Shown one piece after another: positions 45,765 to 49,751 of a stretch of DNA of 49,751 nucleotides. A program made the position numbers and the translations under genes. Position 1 is the first letter of the stretch. Each line of letters starts with the position of its first letter. Under the pieces are notes generated by a model, which was given only the letters and a program-made list of their open reading frames with translations, was not told the DNA's origin and did no database searches. Source of the DNA: Patescibacteria group bacterium (GTDB lineage: Bacteria > Patescibacteriota > Minisyncoccia > Ryanbacterales > GWA2-47-10b); NCBI GenBank assembly GCA_038065475.1, contig JBBTQY010000006.1, positions 1 to 49,751 on the forward strand. Reading direction: 5' to 3'.

Positions 45765-46899
45765 GCGCTACCATCGATTGGATGGAAAAATCACGGATGA
45801 CTTTTTTGCGTGCTTCCTCACCAAAGCGTTTGCGTGCCTCTGAGTCGCGAAGAAGGTGGGAGACGGCATTGATGATCTCTTCAGGCGAGCCGGGGTTAAC
45901 CAAAATACCGGTTTTGAGGTTTTCGACAATTTCTGGGTTGCCTCCGACGCGTGTGGTGATGATGGGGAGTTCCGCGAGTGATGCCTCAAGAAGTGTGTAG
46001 GCAAAGCCTTCTTTTATAGATGGTAGTACAAAAATATCGAGAGCTTTCAGATAAGTAAAGGCCTCGGGAAGGTAGTCGATGAGAAAGACATTTTTAGCGA
46101 TGTGACGGCGCACAATTTCATTTTCGAGAAATTGTTTTTCTTCCCCCCACCCAATAAGAAGAAAGACTGCATGGGGATCTACTTTGGTAATATGTGTCGC
46201 TGCCTCTAAAAGATAGACGAGGCCCTTGTTTTTCGTGTATTCAGCGATAGTTCCTACGACAAATGATGGATTTGTCTGCAGGCCAGCTTTTGCAATCAAA
46301 ATGTCACGCGCCTTTTGCCGTTCAAGAAAAATATGTTTTTTTGCATCAACGCCGTTATGTATAGGCACCATTTTGTGTGCTGGGGCGATGTGTTCATATA
46401 CGCCTATCGAGTGATCAAAATCTGAGACGCAGATAATTTTATCTTGAAAAAGGGCTCCAATTTTTACAAAGAGTTTTAGCAACTTTCGTTGCCACCTTGA
46501 GCGTTCTTCCATAAAGGGCCAACCGTGGGTGCTCGACACGATAGTGTTTATGCCTGCGATGCGTGCCGCAAGCGCTCCCATGGCACTTGCCTTTGAGCTA
46601 TTGAGATGGATAACGTCGGGTTTCAGGCGATGGAAAAGCGCTACAAGTCGAAAGAATGCAATGATGTCTTTGAGTGGATTGACGTTGCGTTCGAGATCGC
46701 CAATCTCGTAAAAGGGGATGCCGCGTTCCATGGCTTTGGTGCGCAATGGTCCGGTACCTCCCGCAGCCAGCATGATATCAAAGCGATCTCTCGGAAGATA
46801 ATCTACAAGATCGATAATATATTTCTGAGCACCTCCCCATACGGATTTTGTTGAGACGAGGAGTAGACGCTTTTTCTCTTTATTGTCTATATGAGCCAT
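45736..46899 (-). CDS. Glycosyltransferase family 4
   Basis: GGAQKY, HLNSSKA, HNGVD and FVLPSIKEGF..LLEA motifs. Confidence 0.92.
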   Translation of the reverse strand: MAHIDNKEKKRLLLVSTKSVWGGAQKYIIDLVDYLPRDRFDIMLAAGGTGPLRTKAMERGIPFYEIGDLERNVNPLKDIIAFFRLVALFHRLKPDVIHLNSSKASAMGALAARIAGINTIVSSTHGWPFMEERSRWQRKLLKLFVKIGALFQDKIICVSDFDHSIGVYEHIAPAHKMVPIHNGVDAKKHIFLERQKARDILIAKAGLQTNPSFVVGTIAEYTKNKGLVYLLEAATHITKVDPHAVFLLIGWGEEKQFLENEIVRRHIAKNVFLIDYLPEAFTYLKALDIFVLPSIKEGFAYTLLEASLAELPIITTRVGGNPEIVENLKTGILVNPGSPEEIINAVSHLLRDSEARKRFGEEARKKVIRDFSIQSMVALTAGVYERG

Positions 46900-46920
46900 T
46901 TATTTTATAATAAGCCAACA

Positions 46921-48072
46921 ATGTTAGACAGGCAATCGCCATTGATTATCGTTTGTACGACAGCATATTTACCGTACATCGGAGGGGCAGAACTTGCTAT
47001 CTACGAGATCGCCAAGCGCAGTACTGATCTGCGTTTTTTAATTGTTACTTCGCGCCTTTCTCGCCATGTGCCGCGTCATGAGCTTGCGGGCAATATTGAG
47101 GTGCGGCGTGTTGGGCTCGGTCTATCGTTTGATAAATGGCTTCTGCCGTTTTTAGGCGGGTTCGTCGCTTTGCGACGTGCACGTCGTGAGAAGAAGGTTC
47201 TGCTGTGGGGGATGATGGTATCTCAGGGCACGCTTGCCGCTCTTTTTGTGAAATCGCTCCTACCGCGCATTCCGTTTGTACTCACACTTCAAGAAGGCGA
47301 TGCGCCAGAGTATTTACAAAAAGGGAGGGGCGGACTCATTTGGTTCTTTTGGAAGCAAGCACTCAAGCATGCTGATAAGGTGACCGCTATCAGCAAATAT
47401 TTACAGGGTCTTGCATCTGAGGCGGGTAAGGGGGACGTTCATCTTGTACCAAATGGGGTTGATGTAGATTTTTTTAGTAAACGCGATGAAGCGGCGATTC
47501 AAAAGATTCGCGAAAAGTATCATATTGATAAAAACGATATAGTAGTGCTTTCGGTCTCGCGCCTGGTTGTCAAAAATGGCCTTGCGGATCTTATTCGTGC
47601 GTTTGTTATTTTTCTACGCACTCACCCGGGCGCAAAATTGTTGCTGGTGGGTGATGGAGGGGAGCGCTCAAGACTTGAAATTCTTGCAAAAAACGAGGGC
47701 GTTGCCGATCGCGTTATATTTGTAGGAGCAATAGCACCGCGAGATATTGTGCCGTATTTTCATGTGGCGCATGTTTTCGCGCGTCCATCGCTCTCTGAGG
47801 GGCTCGGTATCTCATTTCTTGAAGCGATGGCCGCGGGCGTGCCGGTGGTAGCAACAGGGGTCGGTGGCATTGTCGATTTTGTTACCGATGAAAAGACCGC
47901 AGTTGTTGTAAAAATGGGCGACGCTCAAAGTATCGCGGAAGGTCTTTCGCGCGCTGCAGATGATAATGAATTGAGGGCGAGGATCATTCCTAATGCACGT
48001 ACGATGGTAAAAAGTTTTTATTCATGGGAGACTATCGCGTTGCAGATGCGAGAGATCTTTACGTTGAAATAA
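46921..48072 (+). CDS. Glycosyltransferase family 4
   Basis: YLPYIGGAE, PNGVD, SRLVVKNG and RPSLSEGLGISFLEAMA motifs. Start taken as ATG at 46921. Confidence 0.92.
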   Translation: MLDRQSPLIIVCTTAYLPYIGGAELAIYEIAKRSTDLRFLIVTSRLSRHVPRHELAGNIEVRRVGLGLSFDKWLLPFLGGFVALRRARREKKVLLWGMMVSQGTLAALFVKSLLPRIPFVLTLQEGDAPEYLQKGRGGLIWFFWKQALKHADKVTAISKYLQGLASEAGKGDVHLVPNGVDVDFFSKRDEAAIQKIREKYHIDKNDIVVLSVSRLVVKNGLADLIRAFVIFLRTHPGAKLLLVGDGGERSRLEILAKNEGVADRVIFVGAIAPRDIVPYFHVAHVFARPSLSEGLGISFLEAMAAGVPVVATGVGGIVDFVTDEKTAVVVKMGDAQSIAEGLSRAADDNELRARIIPNARTMVKSFYSWETIALQMREIFTLK

Positions 48073-48100
48073 AAGGTATTATGAGGCATACTGAAAGCCT

Positions 48101-49751
48101 ATGAAGCAAACGGAATATTATCTTTTGTGGCTTATTCGCATAGGTCTCGGTGCGCTTCTTTTGACGCCGTTTATTGTGACGGGCACTATGTATTTTCCGT
48201 TTGTTACAGGTAAAAATTTTTTCTTCCGCATTATTACAGAAATTATTTTTGCTGCCTGGGCCGCCTTAGCAGTACTCCATCCCGATTACCGTCCGCGCCG
48301 GAGCCCCATGCTACTTGCGCTTATCGCCTTTACGGGCGCTATAACACTCGCCACGATTTTTGGCGTTGACCCGTACCACAGTTTTTGGTCAAATCTCGAG
48401 CGCATGGAGGGCCTTTTGACACACTTACATCTGCTCGCACTTTTCCTTGTTGTAGGCCACACGGTCCGGAGCAAAAAAGAATGGACGTATGTCGCTCACG
48501 GATTTGCAGGAGTGGGCCTTATCGTATCACTGCATGCGATTCTTCAATTTACGGGGATATTAGATATTGTCGGAGTGTATCGGCCGTACGCTACTTTTGG
48601 GAATTCGATTTATCTCGCTGGGTATCTTATCTTCTCAATTTTCCTGTCGTCGTTGTTGTTTGCTCAGACTCGCATTTCTCTGTCACGATGGATATACGGT
48701 ATCGCTATAGTCTTGCAAGGATTCGCCTTTTTTGTTGCGGCAAGCAGGGGAGCTTTTATAGGTTTTGTTGTCGGAGCAATAGCTTCACTCGTTGCGCTTT
48801 CTCTTGTATATAAAAATCGCACCTATCGACTAGCTACCAGCGGTGCATTTGCTCTTTGCGTATTAGTTGCTGTGTTGATTTTTATCTTCCCGTCGTCAGC
48901 TATCGTGCAGCGTGTGGAGCTTTTTTCTCGACTTTCTTCGGTTTCGATAGATAGTTTGGACAGTGATCCTCGTATTATTGTCTGGAAGATGGCTATCGAT
49001 AGCTTCAAGGATCGGCCACTTTTGGGATGGGGTCCAGAAAACTTTATTGTACCCTTCGGTAAGTTTTATAATCCTGCGCTTTATGGCAACGAGCCATGGT
49101 TTGACCGAACTCACAATATGTTTTTAGAATGGCTTGTCGCGGGCGGTATCGTGGGCTTTGCTGCATATATTACACTTTTTGTTATCGCCTGTTGGATGAT
49201 CCGGAGGCTTGTTTCGTCTAAGCGTCTTGTCCCAATGGAAGGTATTCTATTGACGGGCATGTTTGTCGCGTATGCGATACAAAATGCTTTTGTGTTTGAT
49301 AATATTGTTTCCTATCTGGCTATCATGTTCTTCTACGCATTTCTCCATGCACAGTATAATCATGAGAATGTTCGTACAGAGAGTGTCAGACAGCAGCATT
49401 CAAATATTGTTATCATTATTTCTCTTACGGCGGCTTCCGCTCTCGTGCTTGTCTATAGTATTAATATGCGGCCCATATTAGCTGCTCAGAGTATGAATAC
49501 TGCCATGCAGGCTCTAACCATTCACCAGCCAGTAGAGCAGGTTATAGCTGCGTTTGATAAGGTTATTGATTATCGTTCTTTTGTTACGACTGAGTCGCGT
49601 GAACAAATGTCTGAGGCAGCGATTCGCATCATTACTGCAGGTGACAACCCGAGCACACAGGCGCTCACTTTTTTGCAAAAAGCTATTGTTGAGCTTAAGG
49701 CAGAGCAAGCAGACCATTCTCAAAATCCAAGATACCCGCTCTTTCTTGGTA
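48101..49751 (+). CDS. O-antigen ligase family membrane protein (3' end beyond the window; absent from the ORF track)
   Basis: Translated by hand as MKQTEYYLLWLIRIG..YFPFVTGKNFFFR. Later segments read ERMEG, ATFGNSIYLA, RPLLGWGPENF and WFDRTHNMFLEWL. Confidence 0.85.
   Translation, partial: MKQTEYYLLWLIRIGLGALLLTPFIVTGTMYFPFVTGKNFFFRIITEIIFAAWAALAVLHPDYRPRRSPMLLALIAFTGAITLATIFGVDPYHSFWSNLERMEGLLTHLHLLALFLVVGHTVRSKKEWTYVAHGFAGVGLIVSLHAILQFTGILDIVGVYRPYATFGNSIYLAGYLIFSIFLSSLLFAQTRISLSRWIYGIAIVLQGFAFFVAASRGAFIGFVVGAIASLVALSLVYKNRTYRLATSGAFALCVLVAVLIFIFPSSAIVQRVELFSRLSSVSIDSLDSDPRIIVWKMAIDSFKDRPLLGWGPENFIVPFGKFYNPALYGNEPWFDRTHNMFLEWLVAGGIVGFAAYITLFVIACWMIRRLVSSKRLVPMEGILLTGMFVAYAIQNAFVFDNIVSYLAIMFFYAFLHAQYNHENVRTESVRQQHSNIVIIISLTAASALVLVYSINMRPILAAQSMNTAMQALTIHQPVEQVIAAFDKVIDYRSFVTTESREQMSEAAIRIITAGDNPSTQALTFLQKAIVELKAEQADHSQNPRYPLFLG

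Noticed and set aside
1-49751. The many 60-230 aa ORFs overlapping or antisense to the called genes (for example 9410-10111, 15798-16406, 24858-25484, 34934-35317)
   Set aside because: They are shadow frames of well-supported genes and show no recognisable motifs or independent expression signals.
1-49751. CRISPR array, transposase, integrase or prophage
   Set aside because: I saw no regularly spaced repeats and no ORF with such motifs.

Overview
This window looks like core chromosome from a Patescibacteria/CPR bacterium, probably Parcubacteria. This is inferred from the gene content and order, the scarcity of Shine-Dalgarno sites, and the use of standard code 11 with TGA as stop. Housekeeping genes are gyrA, rpsA, a short mfd, pth, lepB, hisS, rpsU, yqeY, ftsA, ftsZ, class II ribonucleotide reductase nrdJ next to a cobalamin adenosyltransferase, murJ, lepA, prfB (with a programmed +1 frameshift), ftsE, ftsX, an RNA m5U methyltransferase, a Fur-family regulator and dsbA. 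RNA genes are RNase P RNA and three tRNAs (Gly-CCC, Thr-CGT, Gln-CTG). There is also a cell-surface and glycosylation block: a 1204-aa S-layer-like protein, GT2, GT4 and GT-C-like enzymes, and O-antigen-ligase/TPR proteins. I saw no transposase, integrase, prophage or CRISPR array. The most unusual signals are non-coding or very small: (1) a highly structured leader of about 500 nt ahead of the S-layer-like gene, preceded by a palindromic site beside an HTH gene; (2) a tRNA-Thr 3'-end duplication enclosing an inverted T-arm copy; (3) a Cys-cluster mini-gene behind a palindromic operator, divergent from the Fur-family gene; (4) several unannotated small proteins; (5) two near-identical terminators; (6) a 26-bp inverted repeat before the cobalamin adenosyltransferase gene; and (7) widespread apparently leaderless promoters. 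All calls come from reading the sequence; no database searches were run.
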